From assembly GCA_963779755.1 (NCBI GenBank), contig CAVZZO010000001.1, positions 2,144,001-2,208,000 of the forward strand: DNA of 64,000 nt, given 5' to 3'. This document shows positions 32,565-43,064 of this stretch, in pieces; position 1 is the stretch's first letter, and the number at the start of each line of letters is the position of its first letter. Under the pieces are notes generated by a model. That model had not been told where the DNA came from. It did not search any database and worked only from the letters and a program-made list of their open reading frames with translations. This stretch comes from an uncultured Gemmatimonadales bacterium. Its GTDB lineage: Bacteria > Gemmatimonadota > Gemmatimonadetes > Gemmatimonadales > GWC2-71-9. The position numbers and the translations under genes are program-made.

Positions 32565-33782
32565 ATGACCGGAACCACCCTGCACGCGCTGCATGCCGTG
32601 CTCGAGCTGCTGGTGGCGCCGCTCCTCGCCGGGCTCGCCACCATCTGGGCGGGCTGGATGGCGCTGGCGGCCGAGGCGGAAGCCGGCCTGCCCCGCATGC
32701 TGGCGGGGGAGCTTCCTCCCGAAGCCGAGCTGCCGTCCTCCTCCCGCAGCCTGCATGTGGCGCACCTGCTGCTGCTCCTGCTGGGCGGCCTGCTGGCCGC
32801 GGTGGCGGTCGGCTGGTGGCGCACCTGGCCGGCGCCGGTCGCGGCGGGACGCCTGCTCCTGTCGGTGGCGCTGGTGTGGGTGGTGGGTGACGGGCTGCCC
32901 CGGATCCTGGCGGCGCTCACCCCGGACCTGCCGGAACTGGCGCGCGAACCGGCGCTCAGGACTCTGGCGCCGTTCGGACCCTTCCTCCGGCTGGTGGCCC
33001 GGGCCGACCGGCGGCGCCAGCCGGACCAGGCCGGCCCCCGGCGCCGGGCGTCCGGCGCCACGCAGCGCGACATGCTGCTGGGACTGTTCTCGCTGGCGGA
33101 TACCACCGTATCCGAGGTCATGACGCCGCGCATCGATATCGTGGCGGTGGATCTGGCTGCGGCGCGGGAAGAGGTCATCGCCACGTTGCGCCGTTCCGAG
33201 CATGCCCGGATCCTGGTCTACGACGAACACCCCGACGAAGTCTCCGGCGTTCTCTACGCCAAGGACATGCTGGCCAGCTTCGCGTTGCCGGGCGAAGGGA
33301 CGCCGTGGCAGCGCCTGGTGCGGCCGGCCACCTTCGTACCCGAGGGCAAGTCGCTGGACCGCCAGCTCCGCGATTTCCAGCGGGGGCACACCCACATCGC
33401 CGTCGTGGTGGATGAGTTCGGCGGGACGGCCGGCATCGTGACGCTGGAAGACATTCTCGAGCAGGTGGTGGGCGAGATCCAGGACGAGCACGACATCGAC
33501 GAAGTGGCGCCCATCCAGGAGACGCCCGAAGGCGGGTTACTGGTGCAGGGGAACGCGCCCCTGGCCGAGCTGGAGGGGGCCCTGCAGCACCACTTCGGGC
33601 GGGAGGACGTGAGTACGGTGGGTGGGCTGGTCCTCGCCGTCTTCGGACGGGTTCCCCGGATGGGCGAGACGCTGGAGCTGGACGGCTTCCGGCTCTCGGC
33701 CGATCAGGTGGTGCGGCGCCGCGTGCGGCGGGTGCGGGTGGAACGGCTGGCCGCTTCGCGCGGCGAGGAGGAGCCGTCGTGA
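32565..33782 (+). CDS. CorC/HlyC (CNNM-type) CBS-domain membrane protein
   Basis: TM N-terminus, [36 protein letters not shown], CorC C-terminal domain. Confidence 0.9.
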   Translation: MTGTTLHALHAVLELLVAPLLAGLATIWAGWMALAAEAEAGLPRMLAGELPPEAELPSSSRSLHVAHLLLLLLGGLLAAVAVGWWRTWPAPVAAGRLLLSVALVWVVGDGLPRILAALTPDLPELAREPALRTLAPFGPFLRLVARADRRRQPDQAGPRRRASGATQRDMLLGLFSLADTTVSEVMTPRIDIVAVDLAAAREEVIATLRRSEHARILVYDEHPDEVSGVLYAKDMLASFALPGEGTPWQRLVRPATFVPEGKSLDRQLRDFQRGHTHIAVVVDEFGGTAGIVTLEDILEQVVGEIQDEHDIDEVAPIQETPEGGLLVQGNAPLAELEGALQHHFGREDVSTVGGLVLAVFGRVPRMGETLELDGFRLSADQVVRRRVRRVRVERLAASRGEEEPS

Positions 33783-34972
33783 TCTGGCTCGCCTTCGCCG
33801 TCGGGGCGCTGCTGGCGCTGGGGGGCGCCGCCGTGGGCGCCGGGCTGGTCGCGCTGGGGCGGCTGGAGCTCACGCGCGCCGCATCCCGCCGGCTGCGCGG
33901 CGATCAGGTGCCCAGCCCCTGGCTGGGCCGGATCGACCGCTACCTGGCGGCGGCTTCCGCCACCATGTCGCTGGGCATTGTGCTGCTGGGGGCCGTCCTG
34001 CCCGCGCTGAGCGGCGGCATCATGAGGTTGGTCATCGCGCTGGCGGCCCTGATGGTCGCCCTGCCGCTGGTGCTCTTCAGCGGCTCGGTGGTGCCCGGCT
34101 GGCTGGAACGGCCGGCGGTGGAGCGCGTGGCGCGGCGGCTGGGCCCCCTGCTGCGGCCGTGGGCGGTGCTGTTCACGCCGCTGCTCCCGGCCCGCAATCC
34201 CGGACGGATCCACGAGATCCAGTCGGTGCTGCGGGAAGGCGCGGCGGAGGGGCTGCGGACCGATCAAGAGCTGATGATGGCCGCCGGCGTCATGACCTTC
34301 AGCGACCGGACGGCGCGCGAGGTCATGACGCCGCGCACCGACATCGTCGCCATCGCCGAGGATGCCGACCTGGGGGAGATCCACCAGGTCTTTGCCCAGA
34401 GCGGCTACACCCGCATCCCGGTCTATCGCGGCACGCTGGACGACATCGTCGGCATGCTCCACGCCTTCGACCTCTTCAAGCTGAAGGAGGGCGATCCGCT
34501 GCCCATCCGGCCGGTCACCATGACGCCCGCCAGCCGGCGCTGCGGCGACCTGCTGCTGGACATGCAGCGCGAGCGCCGGCACCTGGGCATCGTGCTGGAC
34601 GAGTTCGGCGGGACGCTCGGCCTGGTGACCCTGGAGGACCTGCTGGAGGAACTGGTGGGCGAGATCTCCGACGAGCACGACGAGCACCCGCCCGCCGGCG
34701 GCCCGCCGGCCACCCAGGTCTTCGAGACCGACGGCGCCACACCCACCGCCGCCATCGAGGAGCGCTTCGGCATGACCTTCGACGGCGGCCGCGCCACCAC
34801 GGTGGGCGGGTTGCTGACCGAGCTGGCCGGCCGGATTCCCTTCGCGGGCGAACGCTTCGTGCTGCACGATCTGGAGTTCGATGTGCTGCAGGCCTCCCCC
34901 AACCGGGTGGAGCGCGTCGTCATTCGCCCCGGTCCCGTGGCGCCTACCTCGCTCCCTCCCACCGGCGCATGA
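33779..34972 (+). CDS. Second CorC/HlyC (CNNM-type) protein
   Basis: EVMTPRTDI, SGYTRIPVY, VLDEFGGTLGLVTLEDLLEELVGEI. Confidence 0.9.
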   Translation: MIWLAFAVGALLALGGAAVGAGLVALGRLELTRAASRRLRGDQVPSPWLGRIDRYLAAASATMSLGIVLLGAVLPALSGGIMRLVIALAALMVALPLVLFSGSVVPGWLERPAVERVARRLGPLLRPWAVLFTPLLPARNPGRIHEIQSVLREGAAEGLRTDQELMMAAGVMTFSDRTAREVMTPRTDIVAIAEDADLGEIHQVFAQSGYTRIPVYRGTLDDIVGMLHAFDLFKLKEGDPLPIRPVTMTPASRRCGDLLLDMQRERRHLGIVLDEFGGTLGLVTLEDLLEELVGEISDEHDEHPPAGGPPATQVFETDGATPTAAIEERFGMTFDGGRATTVGGLLTELAGRIPFAGERFVLHDLEFDVLQASPNRVERVVIRPGPVAPTSLPPTGA

Positions 34973-36318
34973 CCGCCCGGGAAGACACCACCGATCTGAT
35001 CGAGCCCCTGCTCGAGCGGCTCCGCAGCGGCGACCTGCCGGGCTTCGCCGCCACGGCGGGCGAGCTGGAACCGGCGGACCTGAGCGACGTGCTGATGGCG
35101 CTGGAGCCGGACGAGCGCCTGACCGCCGTGCGCCTGCTGCCCACCGAATTGTCGGCCAAGGCGCTGTTTGAGATGCCCGACGCGACCGGGGCGGAGGAGA
35201 CCCTGGCCGCGCTGGACCCGGCGCAGGCCATGGCGCTGCTCGACGCGCTGAACGACGACGAGGCGGCCGACCTGCTGGGCCCCATGGAACCGGGCCTGCG
35301 GCTGCGCCTGCTCGGGGGGTTGCGCAACCGGGGCGAGGTGGAGCGGCTGCTCCGGTACGACGAAGAGACCGCCGGCGGCATCATGACCGGCCAGGTGGTG
35401 ACGGTGCTGGACACCGACACGGTGGCCCAGGCCCTGGAGCGGATCCGGCGGCAGGTGGAGCGGACCGAGGATTTCTATCAGATCTTCATCACCGACCGGG
35501 CGCGCAAGCTGGTGGGCGTGCTGCCGCTCAAGGATCTGGTGATCAGCCCGCCGGGGCGGCCGGTGCGCGACTTCATGGAAGAGGCCGATCCCCACGTCCC
35601 GGCCGACATGGACCAGGAAGAGGTGGCGCGGCTGCTGTCGCGCTACAACGTGCCCAGCGTGCCGGTGGTGGACGGCGACGGCCGGCTCATCGGGCGGGTC
35701 ACCTTCGACGATGTGAGCGACGTGCAGGAGGCCGAGGCCACCGAGGATCTGCTCAAGTTCGGCGGCCTCTCGGGCGACGAGGACCTGTCGGCCGGCTGGA
35801 CGGTGTCCGCCCGGTCGCGGCTGCCCTGGCTGGTGCTCAATCTTGTCACCGCCTTCATGGCCGGCGCGGTGGTGCTGATGTTTCAGGGCACGGTCAACCG
35901 GGTGGTGATCCTCTCCGCCTGGATGCCGGTCATCGCCGGCATGGGCGGCAATGCGGGGACGCAGGCGCTCGCCGTCACCGTGCGGCGGCTCGCGGTCGGC
36001 GCCATTCCCCCGGGCCAGTTTCTCCGGGTGATCGGCAAGGAGTCGATCGTCGGCATCATGAACGGCCTGGCCATCGGGATCCTGGTGGCCGGGGTGGCCG
36101 CGCTGCTGGGCGGCCATCCCCGGCTGGGCCTGGTGGTGTTTCTCGCCATGAGCGGCAACCTGTTCGTCGCGGGCTTCGCCGGCGCGTTCATTCCCATGCT
36201 GCTGGAGCATCGCGGGGTGGACCCGGCGGTTGCCTCCTCCATCTTCGTCACCACCTTCACGGACATCTGCGGCTTTACCCTGCTGCTGGGGCTGGCCCAC
36301 CTGCTGCTGGGTGGCTGA
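34969..36318 (+). CDS. mgtE: Magnesium transporter MgtE
   Basis: Y.EETAGGIMT, CBS pair, RLPWL, GMGGNAGTQ, DPAVAS..FVTTFTD. Confidence 0.95.
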   Translation: MTAREDTTDLIEPLLERLRSGDLPGFAATAGELEPADLSDVLMALEPDERLTAVRLLPTELSAKALFEMPDATGAEETLAALDPAQAMALLDALNDDEAADLLGPMEPGLRLRLLGGLRNRGEVERLLRYDEETAGGIMTGQVVTVLDTDTVAQALERIRRQVERTEDFYQIFITDRARKLVGVLPLKDLVISPPGRPVRDFMEEADPHVPADMDQEEVARLLSRYNVPSVPVVDGDGRLIGRVTFDDVSDVQEAEATEDLLKFGGLSGDEDLSAGWTVSARSRLPWLVLNLVTAFMAGAVVLMFQGTVNRVVILSAWMPVIAGMGGNAGTQALAVTVRRLAVGAIPPGQFLRVIGKESIVGIMNGLAIGILVAGVAALLGGHPRLGLVVFLAMSGNLFVAGFAGAFIPMLLEHRGVDPAVASSIFVTTFTDICGFTLLLGLAHLLLGG

Positions 36319-37949
36319 TGCGCGCAATCGTCATCTTCCTTCGCCTGGCGCCCTTCGTGGTCGCCTTCCTGCGCGACCGCCGCCGCTGGATTCTCTTCGG
36401 CCGCCCCGCCCGCCGGACACCCGAGGCACAGGCTGCCCGCGCCGAGCGGCTGACCGCCACCCTGGCGGGCCTGGGGCCCACGTTCATCAAACTGGCGCAG
36501 GTGTTCGGGTCGCGGGCCGATATTCTGCCGGAGCCCTACCTCGGCGCCATTTCGACCCTGGTCGACCGGGTGCCGCCGCTGGCGCCGGGCGTGGCCGAAC
36601 AGGTCATCGCGCGGGAGGCCGGCCGGCCGGTGGGGGAGCTGTTCACCCGGTTCGACGCGGAACCGCTGGCGGCCGCCTCGCTGGGGCAGGTGCATCGGGC
36701 GGCGATGCCCGGGCGCGAGGTGGTGGTGAAGATCCTTCGGCCCGGCGTGGAGGACCTGGTGGAGCAGGACCTGCGGATTTCCTTCCGCATCCTCTTCGGA
36801 CTGAACCTGCTCTTCCCCAACCATCACATCCGCGCCATCACCGCCATCGTACAGGAGTTCCAGAAGCGGATCTGGGAGGAGATGGATTTCCGGGAGGAGG
36901 CGAAAAACGCGCAGGTGTTGCGCGCCAACTTCGCGGCCGACCCGCGGGTGGTGATTCCGGAGGTGGTCGACTGGCTCACCCAGCGCCGGATGCTGGTGCT
37001 GGAATATGTGGAGGGCACCCGGATCGACCGGCTGCAGGACCGGGTGGCCGCGGGCGAGCTGGATCTTACCGCGCTGGTGCGCACCGTGGTGGAGCTGTAT
37101 CTCCAGATGATGCTGGTGGACGGCGTATTCCACGCCGACCCGCACCCGGGCAACCTGCTGGTGGACCGCCAGGGCCGGCTGGTGCTGCTCGATTTCGGCA
37201 TGGTCCTGCGGGTGGAGCGTGAGACCCGCTCCCGCATCGTACGCACCGTGCTCTCGGTGCTGAGCCAGGACGTGGACGGCGTCATCAACGGCTTCTACGA
37301 ACTGGGGATTCTCGATCCCGACGTGGACCGCGGCACGGTGCGCGACGCCGCCCAGCAGCTGCTGAGTCTCACGGTCCGGAACGACCTGTCGCCGCGCCAG
37401 CTCCAGCGCATAGTCGACGACGTGCTGCGGACGTTCTACGACTGGCCGCTGATGCTGCCCAGCTACCTGGTGTACTTCGGGCGCGCCGCCGTGCTGGTCG
37501 AGGGGATCGGGCTGCGCTACGATCCCAACTTCAACGGGATGAACGTGATCCGCCCGGCGGTGGAGACCTACCGCGACCGGCTCATCCTCGGCCTGGCCGA
37601 CGACCGGGGAGTGTTCGGCGACTGGCCGCAGGAAGCGGCGGCGGTGCTGCGCCGGATGCGCGATCTGCTGCGCCGCGTGGACCGCGAGGAGCTGCGGGTG
37701 CGCTGGCACCCGCGCGACACGCTGGAGTTGCAGCGTTTTCTGGCCCAGCAGGTGCGGCGGGGATTGCTCTCGATCTTTGCCTTTACCATCGCGCTCATCA
37801 CCGCCATCGTTTACCTGGCTGTGCGCCGCCTGGAACTGCTGATCGTCGGACTCTTCCTCTCTCTGGGCATGTTCCTGGTCATCTTCCTCATGCCCAGCCA
37901 TCTCTTCCAGAATCCGCTGCGGTTCCGGCCCCGGCGGCCGCCGCGGTAG
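36318..37949 (+). CDS. AarF/UbiB/ABC1-family kinase-like protein
   Basis: LGPTFIKLAQ, AAASLGQVHRA, VKILRP, FHADPHPGN, DFGM; C-terminal TM pair. Confidence 0.93.
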   Translation: MRAIVIFLRLAPFVVAFLRDRRRWILFGRPARRTPEAQAARAERLTATLAGLGPTFIKLAQVFGSRADILPEPYLGAISTLVDRVPPLAPGVAEQVIAREAGRPVGELFTRFDAEPLAAASLGQVHRAAMPGREVVVKILRPGVEDLVEQDLRISFRILFGLNLLFPNHHIRAITAIVQEFQKRIWEEMDFREEAKNAQVLRANFAADPRVVIPEVVDWLTQRRMLVLEYVEGTRIDRLQDRVAAGELDLTALVRTVVELYLQMMLVDGVFHADPHPGNLLVDRQGRLVLLDFGMVLRVERETRSRIVRTVLSVLSQDVDGVINGFYELGILDPDVDRGTVRDAAQQLLSLTVRNDLSPRQLQRIVDDVLRTFYDWPLMLPSYLVYFGRAAVLVEGIGLRYDPNFNGMNVIRPAVETYRDRLILGLADDRGVFGDWPQEAAAVLRRMRDLLRRVDREELRVRWHPRDTLELQRFLAQQVRRGLLSIFAFTIALITAIVYLAVRRLELLIVGLFLSLGMFLVIFLMPSHLFQNPLRFRPRRPPR

Positions 37950-37965
37950 GAAAGGGGAGTCAGGA

Positions 37966-38532
37966 GTGGGGATTGAAGGATCTGCTGGCTGCCTGGCGAT
38001 CCGGGCCGCCACGGCGGAGGATGCCGCGATGCTGGCCGAGTTCGCCGCGCGCACGTTCCGCGAAACCTTCTCGGCGCAGAATACGGCGCACGACATGGAA
38101 CTCTTCCTGTCGCGGACGTACGGCCCGGAACGGCAGGCGGACGAGCTACGCGACCCGGCGATGACGACGCTCCTGGCCGAGGAGGCGGGGACGCTGGTCG
38201 CCTTCGCGCAGCTGCGCGAGGGGCCGGCGCCACCCCGCGTCCCCGGCCGCCGCCCGCTGGAGGTGCAGCGCTTCTATGTGGACCGGCCCTGGCACGGCCG
38301 GGGGCTGGCGCAGGCGCTCATGGGCCGGATCCTGGACCATGCGCGTGACCGGCGGGCGGATGTCGTCTGGCTCGGTGTCTGGGAGCACAACGCGCGGGCG
38401 CGCGCGTTCTATGGCAAGCTGGGATTCCGGGATGTAGGCTCGCAGCCGTTCCTGCTGGGGACCTCACACCAGACCGACCGGGTCATGGCGCTGGTGCTCG
38501 GGCGCCCTCAGCTCAGCCACACGTCCACCTGA
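37966..38532 (+). CDS. GNAT acetyltransferase (PaiA-like)
   Basis: EVQRFYV...HGRGLAQALM, WLGVWEHNARARAFY.K.GF, F.LG...QTD. Confidence 0.88.
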   Translation: MGIEGSAGCLAIRAATAEDAAMLAEFAARTFRETFSAQNTAHDMELFLSRTYGPERQADELRDPAMTTLLAEEAGTLVAFAQLREGPAPPRVPGRRPLEVQRFYVDRPWHGRGLAQALMGRILDHARDRRADVVWLGVWEHNARARAFYGKLGFRDVGSQPFLLGTSHQTDRVMALVLGRPQLSHTST

Positions 38533-38575
38533 ATGAATTCACTGCTCGGCCCGTCGTGGCTGCGCCACGGATAGG

Positions 38576-38604
38576 AAAGACGCCCCGCCGTTGCCGACGG
38601 GGCG
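38576..38604 (-). terminator. Intrinsic terminator of the peptidoglycan-binding gene
   Basis: Minus strand cgccccgtcg-GCAA-cggcggggcg followed by TCTTT. Confidence 0.7.
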
Positions 38605-38659
38605 CTAAACGTGGGGCGGTGTTCTTGGCCGCACGCACCCCACGGGTGGGATCCTGCGA

Positions 38660-39061
38660 TCAGCCCTTGGGCTGCGGCTTCAACTTCGCCAGCTCATCCT
38701 CCGTCAGCCGGCCGTTGACCTTCTCCTTGTTCGCCTTCTGCCACGCGCGGAGCGCGCGCGTCGTCTCGCTGTTCCAGACGCCGGTCGCCTTCCCCTTGTA
38801 GAATCCGGCCTTGGCCAGGCCCTCCTGGGCCGCCTTGACGTCGGCCTTGGTATAGCGGTGCCGCACCGCCGGTTTGGCCCCGGCGGTCTGCGCCGTGGTG
38901 CGGGTCACCGTGGGGGCGGCCTGATGGTTGGCTGCGGGGGCGGCCTTCGGGGCCATCTGATGCTTCGCCGCCGGCTTGGCGGAATCCGGCTGCTGCGCCA
39001 GCACCGGGGCCGCCAGCAACAGCCCCGAAAGCGCCACAGCCATACTCACCGTGCGATACAT
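38660..39061 (-). CDS. Small secreted protein with a PG_binding_1 peptidoglycan-binding domain
   Basis: Signal peptide (..LLLAAPVLA/QQ), Ala/Pro/Lys linker, VKAAQEGLAKAGFYKG..TGVW...T..ALRAWQ....V.G.L. Confidence 0.88.
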   Translation of the reverse strand: MYRTVSMAVALSGLLLAAPVLAQQPDSAKPAAKHQMAPKAAPAANHQAAPTVTRTTAQTAGAKPAVRHRYTKADVKAAQEGLAKAGFYKGKATGVWNSETTRALRAWQKANKEKVNGRLTEDELAKLKPQPKG

Positions 39062-39130
39062 AGAATTGGTTCTCCATCCCGGTACGTGGTTGCCTGCGTC
39101 CTGCGTCACCTGCTGCCGTGGTGGAGGAAG

Positions 39131-39145
39131 GCAATCGGCGTACCA
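39131..39145 (-). promoter_or_regulatory. Sigma54 (-24/-12) promoter
   Basis: TGGTACG-CCGA-TTGC with exact GG-N10-GC spacing, 70 bp upstream of the 39061 ATG. Confidence 0.8.
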
Positions 39146-39244
39146 CACCCGCGGCGGCCGGCTGTGACACCGGAAGTGCGCTCGTTGCCTGGAGATAGAT
39201 GCAGCGGACGAGTGAGTGGCGGGCAGCGCACCGACGCGGTTGCG

Positions 39245-39277
39245 GCGCCAGATTGGCACCGCGGGACAAGTTGGCCC
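39245..39277. promoter_or_regulatory. Pair of candidate enhancer (UAS) palindromes
   Basis: gcgcca-gat-tggcac (39245) and gggaca-agt-tggccc (39263), 100-130 bp upstream of the -24 box. Confidence 0.65.
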
Positions 39278-39281
39278 GGGC

Positions 39282-40688
39282 TCAGCCGTGCCGGCGGGGC
39301 AGCGACCAGCGCTGAATCATGCGGGTCAGCGTGCGGCGCGAAATACCCAGGATGCGGGCCGCTTCCTCCCGGTTGCCGCGGGTGTGCTCCAGCACCCGCA
39401 CCACGTGCAGCCGGTCCACCTCTTCCAGCGACGGTAGTCTGGCGTCCGTTCCGGCAGCGGCGGGCACGGCGGCGGGATGCGCTCCGCCGGCTCGGAGGGT
39501 GGACGGAAGATGCTCGGGGCCGATGATGTCCTGCGCCGCCATCACGACCGCGCGTTCCAGCACATTCTGCAGCTCCCGGACGTTGCCGGGCCAGTCGTAG
39601 GCCAGGAGCCGGGCCTGGGCGTCGGGATCGAGGGCGAGCGGGTCCCGGCCATGCCGGGCGGCGAGCATCCGCAGGAAATGATCGATAAGCAGGGGAATAT
39701 CCTGCCGCCGGTCGCGCAGGGGCGGCAAGGTCAGGCTCACCACGTGGAGGCGGTAGTACAGGTCTTCGCGGAACCGGCCTTCGCGGACCAGCGCCTCCAG
39801 GTTCCGGTGCGTGGCGGCGATGACGCGCACATCGACGCGCACCGCGCTCTCCGAGCCGACCGGCACGATCTCGTGCTCCTGCAGCGCCCGCAGCAGCCGT
39901 GCCTGCAGGGCGGGCGAGATGTCGCCGATTTCGTCCAGGAACAGGGTTCCCTTATCGGCCTCGCGGAAGAGACCGGGCCGCGAGCCGGTGGCGCCGGTGA
40001 ACGCGCCGCGTACGTGGCCGAACAACTCGCTCTCCAGCAGGCCCTCGGCCAGGGCGGAGCAGTTCACGGCGACGAAGCGGCGGGATGCGCGGTCCGAAAA
40101 GCGATGGATGGTGCGCGCCACCAGTTCCTTGCCGGTACCGGTCTCGCCCAGGATGAGCACCGTGGCCTGGCTGGGCGCCACCCGCGCCACCGTCTTCATG
40201 ACGTCAATCATGCCGGGGCTGTGGCCCACCAGCAGCTCCTCGGAGGCCGGTTGGCGCGCGCCGGATCGCTGGGAATGCTCGACCCGGCGCTCGCTCACCT
40301 GGCGGCGGCGCTCGACCGCGCGGCTCAGCAGGAGCCGGAGGGTGCCCAACTCGTAGGGCTTGCTGATGAAGTCATACGCGCCGGCCCGAATTGCCTCTCC
40401 GGCGGCGGTGGCGTCGCCGAAGGCGGTGAGCACCAGAACGACGGTATCCGGGGCGACGTCGCGCAGGTGCTGGACCAGTTCGAGGCCGCTCTCGCCCGGC
40501 ATCCGCAGGTCGGTGAGCACCGCGTCGAACGGTCCGCCGTCCTCCAGCCGGGCCCGCGCCTCGCCCACCGAATGCGCTACCGTGACCTCGTAGGCCTCGC
40601 GTTCCAGCACTTCGGCCAGCAGGCGGCAGGCAGCCTCGTCATCGTCCACCAGCAGCATGCGGGCGCGGGGAGCAAGGGTGGGAGTCAT
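39282..40688 (-). CDS. Sigma54-dependent NtrC/AtoC-type response regulator
   Basis: REC (LVDDD, TDLRMPG, KP), GETGTGKE, ESELFGH..GAFTGA, FLDEIG, WPGNVREL, Fis-type HTH; ATGA overlap with the kinase. Confidence 0.96.
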   Translation of the reverse strand: MTPTLAPRARMLLVDDDEAACRLLAEVLEREAYEVTVAHSVGEARARLEDGGPFDAVLTDLRMPGESGLELVQHLRDVAPDTVVLVLTAFGDATAAGEAIRAGAYDFISKPYELGTLRLLLSRAVERRRQVSERRVEHSQRSGARQPASEELLVGHSPGMIDVMKTVARVAPSQATVLILGETGTGKELVARTIHRFSDRASRRFVAVNCSALAEGLLESELFGHVRGAFTGATGSRPGLFREADKGTLFLDEIGDISPALQARLLRALQEHEIVPVGSESAVRVDVRVIAATHRNLEALVREGRFREDLYYRLHVVSLTLPPLRDRRQDIPLLIDHFLRMLAARHGRDPLALDPDAQARLLAYDWPGNVRELQNVLERAVVMAAQDIIGPEHLPSTLRAGGAHPAAVPAAAGTDARLPSLEEVDRLHVVRVLEHTRGNREEAARILGISRRTLTRMIQRWSLPRRHG

Positions 40689-42127
40689 GCCGGTGCCTTC
40701 GGAAGAGTCAGCCGCCATCCGGTGCCCCGTTCCAGCGGCACGTACTGCAGATCGCCGCCCATGGCCCGGGCCAGCCGGCGGCTCACGGCCAGGCCCAGGC
40801 CGGTGCCGCTGGTTCCCTTGGTGGTGGCGAACGGATTGAAGAGCTGATGCCGGGCGCCGGCGGCAAGGCCCGGGCCGTCGTCCTGGATTTCGAGCGAGAC
40901 GCCGGTTCCGTTGGCCGCCATGCGCAGCACCACGTGGTCACCCGCCTTCAGCGCTTCGATGGCGTTCTTCAGCAGGTTGAGCAGGATCTGCTCCACCATG
41001 AAAGGATCGCAGAGCGCTCGCGTCCCGGCGGCGGGCGGAAGCATGGTGGCCTCGACGCCTGCCTCCTGGAAGGAAGGCTCCAGGAATTGCAGCATGTGTC
41101 CCGCAATCTCGCCCAGGTTGGCGGCGCGGAGCACCGGCCGGGGCCATTCGCCCCCGTCCAGCCGGGCCCGGACGATGGTCGCCATCCGGTCGACCTGGCC
41201 CAGCAGCAGGGTGGCCCGGTCCACGGCGGCCTGGTCGCCGGCCTCGCGCAGGTCGTCACGCAGGAGCTGCAGGTGCCCGCTCAGGGTGTTGAGCGGGGTA
41301 CCGATCTCGTGCGCGAAGCTCGAGGTGGTCTCCTCCATCAGCGCCAGCCGGTCAAACCCGCGGGCGCGCTCTTCCAGCGTGAGCAGCGCCGCCCGGGCGC
41401 GGCTCTCGGCCTCGCGCCGGGCCAGGGCCTCGCGCATGTGGTTGTACTGCCGGGCCAGGGCGCGGAACTCGGGCGGCCCCAGTTCGGGAGCGGCGGGTGC
41501 GCCGCCCGCGCCGGCGTGCGCGCCGGCCATGGCCCGGCCCAGTTCCGAGAGGGGCCGGCCGATCCAGCCTGCGGTGAGCAGGGCGACCCCCAGTCCTACC
41601 AGCGCCGCGGAAATGCCGGCCAGGGTATAGACGCGCCAGCGCTCGCGCCGGGCCCACGATTCCAGGCGGAGGGTGGAGACCTTGACGTCCAACACCCCAT
41701 AGGGCCGTTCGCCGCCGAGCGGCGCCGCGACCCGCCAGCCGGGGTCTGGCCCGCCGACGAAGGCGGTGGCAATACTGTCGCCGCCGAGCGCATCGAAGTC
41801 GATCCGCGCCGTGCGGTCCGGCTCGAGGGTGTCGCTGGTTACGGCCGCGGTGAGGCCGGTCGTGTCGCGCAGAAACACCTGCGCGCGGGTGCGGGTCACG
41901 TGCTGGCGCGACCAGCCGCTGAAGCCCTGCGCCAGGTCCTGCGGATCACCGGTTGGCGCCAGGTCGGTCAGAAAGGTGGCCAGCGTCTGGGCCAGGGCGA
42001 CCGATTCGGTGCGCAGGTCCTCCAGCCGGCTCCGCTGCGACCAGTCGAGCGCCACCTTCGCACCGGCCAGGACCAGCAGCACCGACATCACGGCAACGAC
42101 GGCACCCAGCCGGCGGGGAAGTCCCAT
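40685..42127 (-). CDS. Membrane sensor histidine kinase (HAMP-HisKA-HATPase)
   Basis: Two TM helices, FAHEIGTPL H-box, QILLNLLKNA, DDGPG, FNPFATTK..GTGLGL. Confidence 0.94.
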   Translation of the reverse strand: MGLPRRLGAVVAVMSVLLVLAGAKVALDWSQRSRLEDLRTESVALAQTLATFLTDLAPTGDPQDLAQGFSGWSRQHVTRTRAQVFLRDTTGLTAAVTSDTLEPDRTARIDFDALGGDSIATAFVGGPDPGWRVAAPLGGERPYGVLDVKVSTLRLESWARRERWRVYTLAGISAALVGLGVALLTAGWIGRPLSELGRAMAGAHAGAGGAPAAPELGPPEFRALARQYNHMREALARREAESRARAALLTLEERARGFDRLALMEETTSSFAHEIGTPLNTLSGHLQLLRDDLREAGDQAAVDRATLLLGQVDRMATIVRARLDGGEWPRPVLRAANLGEIAGHMLQFLEPSFQEAGVEATMLPPAAGTRALCDPFMVEQILLNLLKNAIEALKAGDHVVLRMAANGTGVSLEIQDDGPGLAAGARHQLFNPFATTKGTSGTGLGLAVSRRLARAMGGDLQYVPLERGTGWRLTLPKAPA

Positions 42128-42128
42128 C

Positions 42129-43064
42129 TCAGCGTTCCGGGAGGCCCGGCACGTCGGGAGCCGGCGCGCGTCCGGGCCAGGGGAGCACCCGCGCGCCCAG
42201 CGCGGCGCCCACGGCCAGGACCGGAAGCACCTGCACCGCCTGCAGCAGCAGCCCCGCGCCGACGGCAAGCGCCGGGGTTACCCCGAAGGGGAGCAGGCCC
42301 AGGACCATGGCGCCCTGCAGCACGCCGACATTGGCGGGCGTCAACCGGAGCAGCCCGCCCAGATTGGAGAAGATCAGAGCAGCAAGCGCTCCCGGAACGG
42401 GCGCAGCGAGATGCGCGGCCTGGATGACGGCGGCATAGGAGCCCCATTGCAGCAGCCAGTTCAGCAACGCCAGCAGGAAGGGCGCGGGCAACCGGCGGGG
42501 TGACAGCGCCAGAGCGGCCAGGCCGCGCGCGAGTCGTGCCGGCAGGTAGCGTCGCAGCGGGCCCAGAGCCGCGGCGAGCGCCGCTACCAGGAGCAGCAGG
42601 ATGAGCACGCCGGTGCGCAGCCCGTCGGGCAGGCCGGGTGGCAGGGGCGTAAGCGCGAAGAAGGCAGGGAGCAGGGGGAGGAGCGCCAGCGCTTCGACGC
42701 CGCGGAGCTGGAGGAGCGGCGCCAGCCCGGGCAGCATGGTCCGGCCATCCTCGCGGGCCAGCCAGTGCAGCCGAACCGCCTCGCCGCTCACCGAAATGGT
42801 GATGGCGCTTGCGGCGGCGCCGACCAGCGTGGCCGCCACCGCCCCACGCCAGCGCGGCCGCGCCTCCCGGGGAAAGAGGCTCCACCAGGCCCAGCCCTTG
42901 GCGGCCAGCGATGCCAGGTTGAGCAGGGCCGCGAGGGCGAGCAACGACAGACTGGCCGAGGCCAGCACGGCCGCGGTGCTGGACCAGGGAAACCGTATCA
43001 GCACCCAGACGGCCAGCACCGCGGCCCCGATACCGAGGACCGGCTTCAGGCGGCGGAGCTGCAT
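42129..43064 (-). CDS. Lysylphosphatidylglycerol-synthase-TM (flippase-like) membrane protein
   Basis: About 8 TM helices, SGEAVR and LTPANVGV.QG motifs typical of the YbhN/AglD2/MprF-N family. Confidence 0.8.
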   Translation of the reverse strand: MQLRRLKPVLGIGAAVLAVWVLIRFPWSSTAAVLASASLSLLALAALLNLASLAAKGWAWWSLFPREARPRWRGAVAATLVGAAASAITISVSGEAVRLHWLAREDGRTMLPGLAPLLQLRGVEALALLPLLPAFFALTPLPPGLPDGLRTGVLILLLLVAALAAALGPLRRYLPARLARGLAALALSPRRLPAPFLLALLNWLLQWGSYAAVIQAAHLAAPVPGALAALIFSNLGGLLRLTPANVGVLQGAMVLGLLPFGVTPALAVGAGLLLQAVQVLPVLAVGAALGARVLPWPGRAPAPDVPGLPER

